The notes under the pieces were generated by a model. That model was not told the origin of the DNA, made no database searches, and saw only the letters and a program-made list of their open reading frames with translations. Of a DNA stretch of 64,000 bases, positions 26,701 through 41,368 are shown in pieces. This DNA comes from the human T2T-CHM13v2.0 reference genome, Homo sapiens. The position numbers and the translations under genes were made by a program. The stretch's first letter is position 1, and every line of letters starts with the position of its first letter. The stretch lies in NCBI RefSeq assembly GCF_009914755.1, contig NC_060926.1. The stretch is one strand, 5' to 3'.

Positions 26701-28754
26701 TTAGTTCTCCCTGATTCATTTAGCTTGAATACCACCATTCGGGGTTCAAAGGAAACCTCAATATGAGGAGCCCCTTGCACCCCACTGGTTGGGGAAAGGT
26801 GGATGGAAAATACCAAAGAAGCAGTGTCTTGACTTATAGTCAGTGCTATCAGTGACCAGAGACTTCACTTTCCTGAGGCATTTCTTTTTCATTTCAATAA
26901 AGTTTAAGACAGAAATAAGGAAAAGCAATGCTAATGTAACCATATTTCAGCAGGCTCACTTTCAGGAGAGAAAACAGCTCATCCTGCATGGCAGTTTCTC
27001 ACCTAGCTTCTCACCCAACTCTTATCCAAAGGTTAACAGACACGATAATTATTTCTTCATAGGAGGCATTTCTACCTATTGCTACCAATTGCTCTCTGAG
27101 AATTGGAAATAACAACCCCACTATCGTCCCTCAAAGAGTGAACATAAAACTGAATTGATTTAAGAGAAGCATAGCTACATGAAGTCTGAGATATAAAAGA
27201 TGGTCATTGTTCCTCTCAGCAAATTGCTGATTGCTCAGTAAAACTTACAAGGGGTGAAAGGTGATATTTCCAGGCTACAGTAATTAGGGTAGAATGTTTG
27301 GGGAACCTACTGGAAAGCTATGATGAAAGGCTGAGAGCGTTGTGGCTTTATTAGGAAAATGGCAAACAGTGCTAACAGTGTCTGGAAAACAAGATTAACA
27401 TTTTTATTCTGGGCTCCAGAGGGAGAAAGTATCCAATTAAAACATTCAGTACAAAGAGTATCATGCTGGGCATTTAGTTAAAAGATATGCTCAGAGATTA
27501 TTTCATCATTCAGTACATTGCCCTTGAACCAGCCTAATGTCCTAATAACCACAGTGAGGGAAAAAAGAACACAACTTTTTCTTCTGAAAAAAGGACCCGC
27601 TCACAGTTTGAATTAAAGTCCAAAATTTATATTTTAGTATTTTTATATTGTATAGTTTAGGCAAGGTATATTTTATTTTAAAGTGAATAGGTCAACAAAT
27701 TATGGAAAGAAATAACAGGGTACATAGGATGGAAAGAAGGAAGAAAGGAATGGAGAAAGGAAAATGGGGAGGGAGGAATATTTCAAGTCGTGTCACTCAG
27801 GAAATAGGTATGGTGACTTTTCATCACCTTTCCTTTTAATCAAGGCTAAGTGGCTTTTTATTTGAGTATCTGCTGTACAATCCTTTGCAAAAATGTCAAA
27901 ACTCTCCCTTGTATAATTTGACCTTTAGAGACCCTTAATGAAGAATTTAACAGTTTTCTTTCTGCTATTTGTTTCCCTTGTTCTATATTCTAAATCAGGC
28001 AGACTGAGTTATGTGAGAAGAGATAATACAGGATATTAAGAGAGCTGGGTTATGTTCCCAGTGAGTGAATGACTTTTTGTTTTTGTTTTTTTTTTTTCAT
28101 TTCTTCATAAAATATTTCTATGATAATATTAATCGTGAAGATTTGTCACAAGGGTTGCCTCCTCCAACAAACACCTCTCCTTGCCCTTGTTCACCCACTA
28201 GGTCTAGTTTGGGTTTTGTTCCTCTTTGCCTCACCTCATACCATCCCAGTTACCCAATTCTGCTATTATCTTCCCACGTTATAAATGCAAATAATTAATA
28301 CGTTCCATAGTTAACCCCATATAAATTTTAATTCCCAATATACTAATGCAATATCCTGCAAATTCATATACCATGGTCATAAAATAAATTGGCATGAGGT
28401 GCAGTATTTCAGATGAATGAACACACTTTCTCAGAGCTTCCACTTCCACTATCTAATTGAAGTTCCAGTCCTGTTGTTGTACAAACTCTTTAGAAAGGAT
28501 ACTCAACTGTGTTTTGTTTGCATGTAAGTTAGAAAAACCATTGATATGATGTGGCCCAAATCATGTTTTGCTTCCTAACACTTCGTTTAAAGTATCTACA
28601 TTTGTGTTGAGAGAAGTTTAAAAACACCTGCAAGCAAAGATCAAAGTGACCAAAACAACATCTAGATATGAGTGACTTAGATGTCTTGGAGCATGCTGAG
28701 GATCCAATATAAAGATCAACAGCTCCTGGTGACTGCAGTGACTGTTTTAATTGC

Positions 28755-28958
<204 letters not shown>

Positions 28959-29989
28959 TCAACATCAAACGTTAGGGGGTTTTGAGTACCCAGAATATTT
29001 TAGACTCCAGAAATGTCAGCCTTTCTTCCCCTCCTCCTTACCGCTTTTAGCCTCCTGGACTCTGCACCTCCTACTTACTTTCCCTCACTCAACTACGTTA
29101 GGAAGTATGTTAATGGCATCTAACATAAATTACAAAACATTACCCTTACTGTTTCCCAGTCCTTCACTCTACACACATTTCATTAGAAAATCCCTCTGCT
29201 CATATTAGCAGCATTTAATTTTCATGAGGCTCTGAAAGTTCCAAGTGAATTAGCATCAAATTAAATAATAGTATCTTAGAAGTGAAAGTGATGTTAGTTA
29301 AGTTCAACTTATTGCAAATGTTCAATCCTAGTCCCTTTTGTATGGTTTGAAATCTGGCCACCCAGCCTCTGTGAGGATCTCTGGTCATCAGAATCTGCTT
29401 TCCCACATGACCATCTACCCAATTCTTAGTCAGTTTTACTATTAAATAGCTTTCTATGTCATTAAACTAAATTTCATTTCTATTTTCTTTAGATATGACA
29501 TTATTTTAAATATTTAAACATTGCTATCATGAATTCTCTAAGATTTCCCTTCTTCAGGCTAAAAGTCCAGGTTTTCTCTATTCATATGTAACACATCACC
29601 ATATATATTCTCCTCCAATGCTATTCCTAAAAATAGGGTCATGGCAAATCAACACAAACTCCTGCTGTTGTATTACAGCGAAATGTAGTTGAATTATTAT
29701 ATCTCACAATCTGAGCACTAAAGCTCTGTAAACTCCACCTGAGACTGGGTAACAAGATTAGGAGACAATTGCATATGAGGTAGGTTTATTTATAAAATCC
29801 CCAATTATGAAAAATATTTACAGATAAAAGATTAATGTTTTTCTTTTGTCATTCTATTTTTCTGATAAATAAAACAATATTCCATTGAAAAAGACTTCCT
29901 TAGATTGAAAGAATGTTTTCCTCATGAAAATTTTATTTACTTTTGCCTGTTTACTTGAAGAAAAAAAAGGTTAATACTCTACTTCTTAA

Positions 29990-31860
29990 CAAATTCACAA
30001 ATTGCTGATATGATAAATATATATATATTTAAAATTCTGTAAAATAGTAGCAGAAGATATAGGAAGATGTGTTTATGATTTGGCAGTAGGAAACAGAGGG
30101 CTTCTTAATGATAAAGAATAAAACCATTAGCAAAAGGATGAATAAATATACCAACATCACTTTTAAAAAAACATGTAACACAGAAGGAAATTAAACTTTA
30201 AAAGTCAAAAAGTCAATTATTACATACATATACATACATACATACACTTACTGACTCATACATGCATGTAACAGATTATATTTCATATGCGAAATACAAG
30301 GATTAATGTTGACAATACTGTTGCGGGAAGTCAGGGACCCCGAATGGAGGGACTGGCTGGAGCCGCGGTAGAGGAACAAAAATTTTGAAGATTTCATGGA
30401 CATTTATCAGTTCCCAAATAATACTCTTATGATTTCTTATGCCTGTCTTACTTTAATCTCTTAATCCTGTTATCTTCGTAAGCTGAGGATGTACATCACC
30501 TCAGGACCACTGTGATATTTGTGTTAACTGTACAAATTGATTGTAAAACATGTGTGTTTGAACAATATGAAATCAGTGCACCTTGAAAAAGAACAGAATA
30601 ACAGCAATTTTAGGGAATAAGGGAAGACAACCATAAGGTCTGACTGCCTGCAGGGTCGGGCAAAAAGAGCCATATTTTTCTTCTTGCAGAGAGCCTATAA
30701 ATGGATGTGCAAGTAGGGAAGATATCGCTAAATTCTTTTCCTAACAAGGAATATTGATATTAATACTCTGGGAAAGGAATTCATTCCTGGGGGGAGGTCT
30801 ATAAATGGCTGCTCTGGGAATGTCTGTCCTATGCAGTTGAAATAAGGACTGAGATACGCCCTGGTCTCCTGCAGTACCCTCAGGCTTACTAGGGTGCGGA
30901 AAAACCTGCCCTGGTAAATTTGAGGTCAGACTGGTTCTCTGCTCTCGAACCCTGTTTTCTGTTGTTTAAGATGTTTATCAAGACAATACATGACCACTGA
31001 ACATAGACCCTTATCAGTAATTCTGCTTTCGCCCTTTGCCTTGTGATCTTTGCTTTTGCCTGCCTTGTGATCTTTGTTGGACCCTTATCAGGAGTTTCTG
31101 ATTTTGCCCTTGTCCTGTTTCCTCAGAAGCATGTGATCTTTGTTCTCTTTTTGCACTTTGAAGCATGTGACCTTTGTGACCTACTCCCTGTTCATACACC
31201 CTCTCCCCTTTTGAAATCCTTAATAAAAACGTGTTGATTTTGCGGCTCAGGTGGGCATCATGGTCCTACTGATATGTGTTGTCACCCCCAGCAGCCCAGC
31301 TGTAAAATTCCTCTCTTTGTACTCTTTCTCTTTATTTCTCAGCCGGCCAACACTTATGGAAAATAGAACCTACGTTGAAATACTGGGGACGCGTTCCCCT
31401 GATACAATACATAAAGAGCTCCCATAAATCAATAATTTAAAAAGATAATACAATAGAAAAATGGGCATATGAACAAGAAATTCACAGAAAAAGAAATAAC
31501 AGCCTATAAATATATAATAAACCAATTGGTATTATTGGTAATTAAGATAATACAAATTAATACAAAATTTGAATATCACTTTATACTCCTCAGTACTGGG
31601 AAAAAGTTTGATAGCAGATGTGGGCAAGAGTAAGGGGACATGGTAACCTTTTTTATGGTTAGTGCAATGTGAATTGAGATGGTAATTTTGGATAGCAAGT
31701 CACAATAGGTAGTAAAATTTTAAATTATCATAGTCCATGGACCAGACACTAAATTTCTTATTAGTTATCATAAAAAAACTCACTCATATGGACTAAGAGA
31801 ATGTACATTAGAATACTTTTTTGTTGACAATGTGACAGAAAGAGAGAACAATAGTGGTTG
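29990..31860 (+). mobile_element. Ancient L1ME ORF2 3' fragment split by MER11
   Basis: caaggattaatgttgacaatac | ataaagagctcccataaatcaataa...caatagaaaaatgggc is colinear across the LTR. Confidence 0.7.
30319..31404 (+). mobile_element. MER11 (MER11A-like) solo LTR of HERV-K11/HML-8
   Basis: Begins TGTTGCGGGAAGTCAGGGACCCCGAA, ends GTTCCCCTGATA; perfect 6-bp TSD CAATAC at 30313-30318 and 31405-31410; internal gccttgtgatctttg repeats and an AATAAA. Confidence 0.95.
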
Positions 31861-31939
31861 AAATAGGAGGAAGCAGAGAAGATTCATCATAATGTTTTAT
31901 CATGTGATCCAAAAACAAAAAACAAAATAATGAGAACAA

Positions 31940-34900
31940 AATATAGTAGTATAATCTATAAAAGTTTTGCAAAAATAAAAGAAGACCTAAATCTACCAAA
32001 ATCTACATACTATAATAGTCAGTTGTGTACCTCAGAATATTAACCCCAAATGAAGATATACTCTAGCCAATTGACCCATGATCAAGTTGTAGCCCAGCAA
32101 AACTATTACTTTAAAGATAAAAGAAATCTTCATGGATAAGAAGAAAGTGGAAGGACCAAAATACTTGCAAGAGCAAAAAAATTAAGCTAATACCAAGCTT
32201 CTGAAGAACAACATAAACACAAGAAAAGAATGGAACCACGTTTTTCAGAAACTCAAAGAAAGAAAGTACAAACCAAAGTTTTCATACAGAAAAATATTTT
32301 TAAACATGGATATAAACTTGAAATCAGGAAGTACTGTACTCATGTGCCATGCTTGAAGAATTTACTGGAGGATAAACTGCATCCAACCAAATTGGGGAAA
32401 TTTGGGCCAAAGATTTATAGTGAGCATTATCTAGTCAATTTTGCATTCAGAGAAAAGCAAAAAGATATACATCAATAAACTGGAGATGAAGCTATACTAC
32501 AAAAATTAGTAGGAGACCAAGAAACTACTCCTTGAAAAGCACCAGGTCCATTAAAATACAAATTAGAAATAACACTACTTCGACTAAGACAGGGGCAACA
32601 AAAGGAAGACAAAATAATTCTTTTATTATTGAATAGTTGGTTGATGGTAGTCAACCCATCACCTAAATAGTTGGCAGGATACTATTTAAAACTGACAACT
32701 TAGATAGTAAAAGGTAATTTTTTAAAAAGTGGTACTAGGGCATTATAAAAGCATAAAACAAACATAATTACTAAAATAATATAAATACAAATATTCCAAG
32801 CTTCCCCAAATGATATAGGTAAAAAGAAACACAGTAGATATTATATATATATATATATTATTTATAAGATAAGATAATATGGATAGCATTGAGACTAAAC
32901 AATAGCTATATCAATAAACTAAATGGTCTTATCCTATCAACTGAAATACCAAATTGCCTCATAAGGCAACACCCATCCCTGTGTGTTCAAAAGACAACCA
33001 TCTGAAAGAAAGGCTAAATATAATGAAATGAATAGGAAAGGAAAACGGTATGAAAGCAGAGGCTGTGATCTTGATGTTAAATCAAATACAATTCAGGCCA
33101 AGATCTATTAAATGTGACAAAAACCTAGAAGTCACAATTCGAAATACTGATATAACAATTGAGAAGGTTTCTACAACAAATAACACCGCCATTATGTTTA
33201 CAAAGCAGGAACAACAGATAATGCAAGAGGAATCACAGTAATAATAGAAAATATTAACACACTAATTTCAAAATAAGATATATCAAGTATACAAAGCAAG
33301 TTACAGTATATGTGAATATTTAGCCTTATGAATATACATCAAAGAAACCTTCTTAATTGTACATAGCAATATCACAAAATGATCATCGCTTTGGTTTCAG
33401 GGAAACAACTGATAAGTTCTTTAAGAAGAAATAAGACACAGAATAATCTGAGCACAATGAAAGCAACTAGAAGCTAATAGAAAAATACATACTGAAAAGA
33501 TTGTCCCTCATGGAAACTTAAAAACAAAGAAATAATACGGCTATTATGTTAATTAAGTCTTTGAAGAAGGCAAAAGGAAAAATCTAAAATAAAACATTAC
33601 ATGACAGAAAATTGTCAAATATTTCTAGCAGTATTATTATTATTATTATTGAAAAGAGTCTTGCTCTGTCACCCAGACTGGAGTGCAGTGGTGCAATCTC
33701 AGCTCACTGCACTAACAGTAATTTAAAAAATTTTTTATATCCATAGCCTAAACAACTTTTATCAGTAAAAAAGAATGCATAAAAATGACATTTCCCTTGA
33801 AGAAGCTAGACAAAGAACAATGGAAAACAAGAAAACAATGACAAAATAATGGAATAGAAAACAACAAAGAGTAGTTTTGATTAGTGACTAGAAACCTCGG
33901 TTCATTGGTTCGTCAGACAAAATATAAATATAATAAACTAGACAACCCACCAACCAACAAAATCAAGAAAATTCGGAAGAAAGCACGAATTTCCAAATAA
34001 AAAATGAAAAGGAGGAATGACTATGAAACCAAAACTTAATATTTGTATATAATGAAGAATTTCTTTGCATGTCTCTATAAAATTACATTTTCAAAGCTAG
34101 GTAAAATGGGTAATTCATAAAAATATAGAGTTTGCCAAAATTGAAAGCAGTAGAAATAAAAAACTTACTGGACAATTTCCATTGATGAAATAGAGAAAGA
34201 TATCAAGAAACTACTCTTTGAAAAGCACCAGGTCCATTAATAGCTATTCATTAATATTTAATATAGTCCATAAATATTCATTAATAAATATTGTTATAAA
34301 AGTAAAGGATAAGAATTAGAAGAGTTCAACACCACATTAAGAAAATGATGCACCATAATCAAATGGTATTTATTTCAGAAATGCAAGGCTAAGTTTAACA
34401 TTACAAATCAATTGATATAATATGTCATATTAATAGAGCAGAAAACATGATGTATAACATTATACTCTCAGAATCCAAAAGGGCATTTGACAAAATTTGG
34501 TTCCCATTTCTGATGTAAAGGACTCAATAAATATGAACTGATAAATACTCCTTAATATATCATTATATGATAAATATGCATACCTCATTATGAAAGCTAG
34601 AAACTTTTTAAATATGAAAGCATGAGACATATTTCCACTAAAATCCTAAGCAAGTGAAGGATCCTCACCATCTTCACTATTTTTTAATGGAGATAAAACA
34701 ATCACAGGGAGAAGAATTAGGAAAAACAGGAAGTAAATATATCTCTATTCACAGATGATGTAATAATAAATCTAGAAAATCCTAGAAAATCATTGATAAA
34801 GCTAAGTCAGGAGGATATATAATTAGCATAAAGAAATAAGCAGTGGTTCTATATGTAGTCATTTATATAATGTATAAAATGTGTGACATATTTTATAACA

Positions 34901-35050
34901 GGTAATTTATATATAGTATACACTATATAACTTATATAAAATATAAATATATATCATTATTTACAAGATGTAGTAGAAGTGAAACCACCATTAGTAATAA
35001 CAAAAAAAAATTTTTTAAAAATACCTCGGAAATAATGAACAAATAAAGCA
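31940..35050 (+). mobile_element. Ancient L1M ORF1-end/ORF2 fragment with internal deletions
   Basis: Degenerate ORF2 motifs (agaagctagacaaagaacaa; atttcagaaatgcaaggc; ctattcacagatgatgtaataataaatctagaaaatcct). Confidence 0.75.
33634..33711 (-). mobile_element. Severely 5'-truncated Alu with (TAT)n tail
   Basis: gagtcttgctctgtcacccagactggagtgcagtgg; TSD ctagcagta (33625-33633) / ctaacagta (33712-33720). Confidence 0.9.
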
Positions 35051-35771
35051 GAATTCAGAATAAAAATGTCAGTGCTAAAAGTCACACCTGTGAATGAAAG
35101 TATAGTATTTATACATATGTTTACTCATATGATATTTTAAAATAGTAAAATATTAAAAATTTAATATATTACAAATAAAAAGTATTACATATAAAAATAG
35201 TATAAACTGTTTAATAATAGTAAGCATTCACACAACACTGTGTAGCAGATTTCAAGTGGACAAAAGTAAGAGTATAGAAAACCTAAAATATGTTAACTTC
35301 AGTGTTAAACCACTTTACTTGTGACAATATATATGATTTGGTTTAAATCGACCATATTTCTACTTATTTTCTGTTTATTCTTTCTGTTCTTTGTTCTTTT
35401 CTCTTCTTATCATTCCATCTTTTGGATTGAATATTTTTTACAATTTCATTTTATCTCTTTTATTGACTTATTAGCTAAAACTCTGGTTTTTATAGATGCT
35501 TATTTGAGGTTTCTGGTATATACATTTAATTTATTATAGTGTCCCTCCAAACAGTACGATATCACTTCTTAATCGTATAAATCTTATGACAGTAAACTTC
35601 CATGTCTGCTTACTAGCATTTGTGGTATTATTTTCCTACATTTTATTTTTAAACATGTTTTAAACCCCACCACAGGTTGTAATTTGTATTTAATGTCAAT
35701 TAACTTTGACGATATTTTAAAATTAAGCATTTTTACATATGTACACATTTACAATTAGTGTAGATAAATAC

Positions 35772-36156
35772 TGTCTTCTTCCATCTGTGCTACTGTAAAA
35801 GGATATCACAGACTGCATAATTTATAAAAAATGAAACATTATTTTCTCAGAATTCTGGAGAAGGGGAATTCCAGGATCAAAGTGCCAGCAGGTGTGGTCT
35901 CTGGTGAGGACCTGTTTCAATGATGATGCCATCTCATCGTCTCATCCTCACATAGTGAAGGGTGGGAGAGCAAAACAGGAATGAGTGCTGTGTTCTCATG
36001 TGGTGGAAGAGGAAAGGAGATTAACACTCAAGCACTTTTATAAGACAAACCCATTCTGGCTAATCACATTTTAAAGACCCCAGTTCTTAATACCATCACA
36101 GTGGGGATTAAGTTTCAACACATGAATTTTGAAAAGGACACATTCAAACTATAGCA
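35772..36156 (-). mobile_element. MaLR solo LTR (MST/MLT1A-like)
   Basis: tgtcttcttccatctgtgct...ccaggatcaaagtgccagcagg...attaagtttcaacacatgaatttt...cattcaaactatagca. Confidence 0.85.
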
Positions 36157-36415
36157 GATCCAAAATTGTATATATCTGTTTCATTTTTCTAAAGACTTTT
36201 TGAAAATTGTTTTAGTGCTGGTCTACTAAAGATAAATTCTTTAAATTTTTTGCATCCTCTTGAAGAATTCATTTTATTTATCATAAGTGAACTTTTTTTA
36301 TTCCTGATGATATTCTAGCCCTGTAATCAATTTTATCTGATGTTGATTTAGCCACTCCAGCTTTCTTCTGACTAATAAAAACATGGATTTCTTTTTGCAT
36401 CCTTTTACTTTCAAC

Positions 36416-36416
<1 letters not shown>

Positions 36417-36466
<50 letters not shown>

Positions 36467-36472
36467 TGTGTG
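36417..36472. repeat. (TG)n microsatellite, about 23 perfect units plus imperfect tail
   Basis: Directly visible. Confidence 0.97.
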
Positions 36473-37108
36473 TTGTAGGCAGTGTTTAGTTGGGTCATGC
36501 TTTTCTTTATTAGAACTTTCAATCTTTGTCTTTTAATTGGTATATTTAGATCACTTGTATTTAATTGCGGTTCTTGAAATGGTCAGAATTAAATCTTCCA
36601 TTTGTCCATTTAATTTATATTTTTCCCATCTATTCTTTGTTTTATGTTTCTCTCTTTTCTGCCTTTACTTTATTGAGAAGTTTCATTACTAATTTTATGT
36701 CACTTGTTGAATTATTAGCTACAATACTTTGTTTCATTTTATTATATATACTATATATAATACTATATATAATATATGGTGTTCATATAATTGTATTTAA
36801 CTTATTACAGTCCACCTTCAAGTAATGCTATCACACTTAATGTAAAAGAAACTTACAATAGGATACTTGCATTTCTGACTGTCCCAGCCTGTGTGCCATT
36901 GTTGTCATACATTGTATTTCTACATGTTTTAAACACAACAGTACATTTATATCATTTTTGTTTTAATAAGTCAATTATCTATTAAAGACATCAAACATTA
37001 GAAAAAGTCTTTTTATATACAAATATATTTATCATTTCTGATGCTCTTTATTGTTGTACGTAAGTCTCAATTTCCATCTGTTATGATTTTGCTTCTGCCT
37101 GGAGAATG

Positions 37109-37426
<318 letters not shown>

Positions 37427-39010
37427 TAACCTTTATCATAATGTACATCTTCCGTCAATGTATTCTTTAGCTTTTGTATGTCTAAGAAACTCTTATTTTG
37501 CTTTTGCTCGTGCAACATATTTTACCTATTGAATTCTAACATGATAGTTTACTTTTCTCCCAGTACTTTAATGATATGACTCCACTGCATTTTGGCCTCA
37601 TTTTTTTCTAATGAAAGATCTGTTGCCATTCTTATCGCTGCTCCTCAATGCGATTTTTTTATTCTGTCCAATTTTTTCTCTTTATCACTGGTTTGAAGCA
37701 ATTTGATTATGATGTGCCTTGATGTAATTATACTTATGTTTCTCATTTTCTTCATGTCTCGTAGGCTTCTTTATGTTTGAACAATTGTTATTACCTATTA
37801 ATAATTTACCATCCCATACATATGTAATGTTTATTAGGAATAAATATAAATTGGTTATGAGTTATTGCTTGCTCCTAATTTATCCCTGATTATCTCTTCT
37901 AACTAGTTCTGCCATTCAGGAGTATGTGCTTTTGTTTTCCAAATACACTGTCCTAGCTTTGGAGATAAGTGGTACGTTTGCAAAGATTTTAAAAAGACAC
38001 TTCTAAATTCACGAATCGTTTTACTCTGCCAGTGCTTTTTAGACAGTGCTCCTGGGTCTGTTTGGGATCTTGCAATGGACAAACTAAAAGAGAGAAAAAG
38101 GAAGATGGAAAGAGAGTAAACAGGAAGAGGTCTACATTCAGCCTTCGTGATTTTCTATCTCCTCCTTTAACCAGAGCAATTTTTATTTGTTTTGTTTTTT
38201 GGGTAATTTGTGAGTTGTATGTGCATGTGTGTATGAATGTCTTTTAATATATTAAACTTCTTCATATTTGCTCATTTTATTAGTGTGATTCAGTGCTAAA
38301 ATTTTTAAAAAGAAATCTGAAAAACAGTCGGAAAATTTTATACTCTTCTTTTAATACCTATATAGACAACGTTTTAAAAATATTGCTTTGTACTAAAGAG
38401 AGAGTTATAGATTTTCGGTAACTTTGTTATCAAAGTAAGAAATTTGTTCTTGTTCTCACTGGAATATAAAGAAAAACATTTTTTTCCTTGTTAAACAGCT
38501 TTCTAGTAAGGCTACTGAAATTACTCTTTGTTTTGTTTTGCTTTGCTGGTTGGATTGTTTTACTTGTTTCCTTATTACTGCTAAGGGTAAAGCATGGCTT
38601 CTCACCTATTTTACTGAAACAGATTGCAATGGTATCTACACTTACTTTATTCCATTGAGCACAGAATATGAATGATAGTGAAGTCTTAAATATCTTGCTG
38701 AAACTAATTACATTTCATCCTCCCAAACGTCTCCATATGAATATGAAACGTTAAATGCCTTTGGGGAGATTTTATGTTTGGAAATCTGAACTTAATTCAA
38801 TTCCCACTTCTCAGTTACTTCATTCACCAGCATGATCAGAATAATCAAATCCAAAATAAATGATGCAGAAAGGTCATCCCAGAATCATGTTAGTATGGAT
38901 ATTACCATCACATTTATTCACATCTCCAGTGAAGTAGGTAGTGGTTTCTGAGCAAAAGAGTGTGGATGTTAATAGGGTAAGTATATAAACAGAATTAGAA
39001 TGAACACATC

Positions 39011-39305
39011 GGCCGGGCACAGGGTCTCACGCCTGTAATCCCAGCACTTTGGGAGGCTGAGGCAGATGGATCACCTGAGGTCTGGAGTTTGACAGCTGCC
39101 TGGCCAAAACAGCGAAACCCCGTCTCTACTAAATATACAAAAAATTAGCGGTGTAGTGGCACGTGCCTGTAAGTCCCAGCTACTCAGGAGGCTGAGGCAG
39201 GAGAATCCCTAGATCCGGAGGTTGCAGAGAGCCGAGATCATGCCACTGCACTCCAGCATGGGCCACAGAGCAATACTGCAACTCAAAAAAAAAAAAAAAA
39301 AAAAA
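39011..39305 (+). mobile_element. AluS
   Basis: ggccgggc...gatcacctgaggtc...A tail; flanking repeat acacatc. Confidence 0.95.
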
Positions 39306-40941
39306 GCACACATCACTGCTCACTTATCAAGGAAAATTTCACATTCTAAGAAGAGACAAAGATGTTTCAAGATGATTAGAGGTCTTTCTGCTTCCACTGT
39401 GTTCCCCTATGAAGATATTCTGTCTTTACCTTGGAAGAAAACAAATATATGTGCAAATAATCTGTTCTTTATTTTGCTTTAATATATATTCCAGATAAAT
39501 TATTCTCAGTGATAGTTTAATTTGCCTTCCAAAGATTTGCATTAAAAAGTGCATGAATCCATTGAAAATGCTTTCTTCGTCTTCATCACAGATGATTAAC
39601 ATTCATTAGATGTGTTCTTATATAGTGTATGCACACACATAGACATGATAATGGGACTTCATCAGTTTTCTAGCCAGCATGTACATTGTATGTATGGATG
39701 TGTCTGTGCGACTATAAAACTGTGAGTAGCATGGGCATTGCCTCTGCCATTCTCCATCACACTCCCAAGAGACGTATTTTATAGCTTTTTGTTAACAAAT
39801 GGCTTAATATAGTTAAGATAATTAAGACTTAAGATGTTTGTCTTTTGAGTCATTTGCATTCTAATAGAAAAATCTTACAGGTCAACAAACTTTTACATTC
39901 AAATAATTATCCTCCTGGAATATTGGACACAAAAAATGAATAGGGGGAATGGAAACATACTTTTAACCAGATGTTGTTTCCCTTTTAGTTTTTCAATCAG
40001 AAGGCATTATTATTTGCTTGCTGAGATGTCCAGATTCATTTAAAAGAGTCAAGAATTTTAAATAATATCTACTGTATCATTAAGTCACTACAATTAATGG
40101 CAATGTCTTACTTCAGATTCCTTTGAACACTGATAGTAAACTGTTTGAACTATAGTCCTTTAAGCAGCATGGAGAATAGACCCGTGTATGTAGCAAATGT
40201 CCTGAGGTTCTAAAGGAAATAAAATTAAAATGAAAAAATAAAGGTTATTAGAAAATGTTGAGTGTCTACCATTGGGCTAGTTGCTCTCTTTGTAAAATCT
40301 TAAACTCTGTATTATTAAACCCCAGTTTCAGAGATGTAAATTGAGGCATTAGTCACTTCAGTGTAAAAGTAGTATATTTCCAACCTTCACTTTTAGTTTT
40401 GTTCTTGGAAGTGTCACACAGAAACTTACAAAGTAGAATTTTTTTAAGAAATATCCATTTTTTAGGCTACTTTAAAAGTCTGCTTACACACATACTCAAA
40501 AACATACTCTTAAACTTCAGAGAAATGTTCATCATGAGAATAAAATAGTGAGTTTCACCATTATTTTGCTTACTTGACACCTCTGAGAGACAAAATAAAA
40601 AAATGAAAGACAAAATTAGCAGAAATACTGTCACAACAAAGAAATTAACACAACAGAATAATTTAAAAATCATGTTCTGTACTCTCATTCCTCCATGTAG
40701 ATATTAATATTATGATCATTTAAAACATTCTTCATATATTTTTCTTAAATGATTTGTAAAATGATAGTTTTTAAGATAATTGTAAGAGTGTTCACTAAAA
40801 TTTTGAACTCTGAAGCAATAAATGAGAAGTTTAAATTTTACAGATATTCTCCATTGTTTACTAATAACTACAAAAGAAAAAAGAAACTCTTCTGTTAATG
40901 GAATCGAGAGAGGGTGTAAGTCATGCAGCAGTGAAGAGAAG

Positions 40942-41234
40942 AAACTGTTATTTTGTTTTTATGTTTAAGGTAATCACATATATAAAAAGGAATGTACAAA
41001 CTCTAAAATTAATTTTCATTTTCATAACACTAAGGTTAACAATTAAGACTAAAATTTTCTTTCTTCTGATAAGTACATTAATTTTAATTTGTTTAAGAAA
41101 AAAATTCATTTCGGGCTACATGTTCTGTGAACACCTTGATATAAACAAAGTAGAAATGCTGAATAAATTATACGTGCTTCTCATTATAGACAAAAATTTA
41201 AAAACTTTTATAAAATAAACCCCAGAGATAGTAA
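40942..41234 (+). repeat. Copy B of the ~300-bp inverted dispersed duplication (uninterrupted)
   Basis: Reverse complement of 13305-13548 plus 14454-14523. Also visible in the ORF track ([18 protein letters not shown] vs NVQTLKLIFIFITLRLTI). Confidence 0.9.
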
Positions 41235-41327
41235 ATCAAGAACAAGCTAATAACCGCAGAGGAAATTTGAATGTCTCACAGACCTGAGGGCACTGGACAG
41301 CTCAGAAAATAGGAGGAGGGCACATTA

Positions 41328-41368
41328 AAGGCATCACTTAGAAAAAAAAAAAAAAGAAGGCATCACTT
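41328..41368 (+). mobile_element. Tail-only (solo poly-A) L1-mediated insertion
   Basis: AAGGCATCACTT (41328-41339) + AG + A14 + G + AAGGCATCACTT (41357-41368), preceded by a TT|AAAG endonuclease-like site. Confidence 0.75.
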
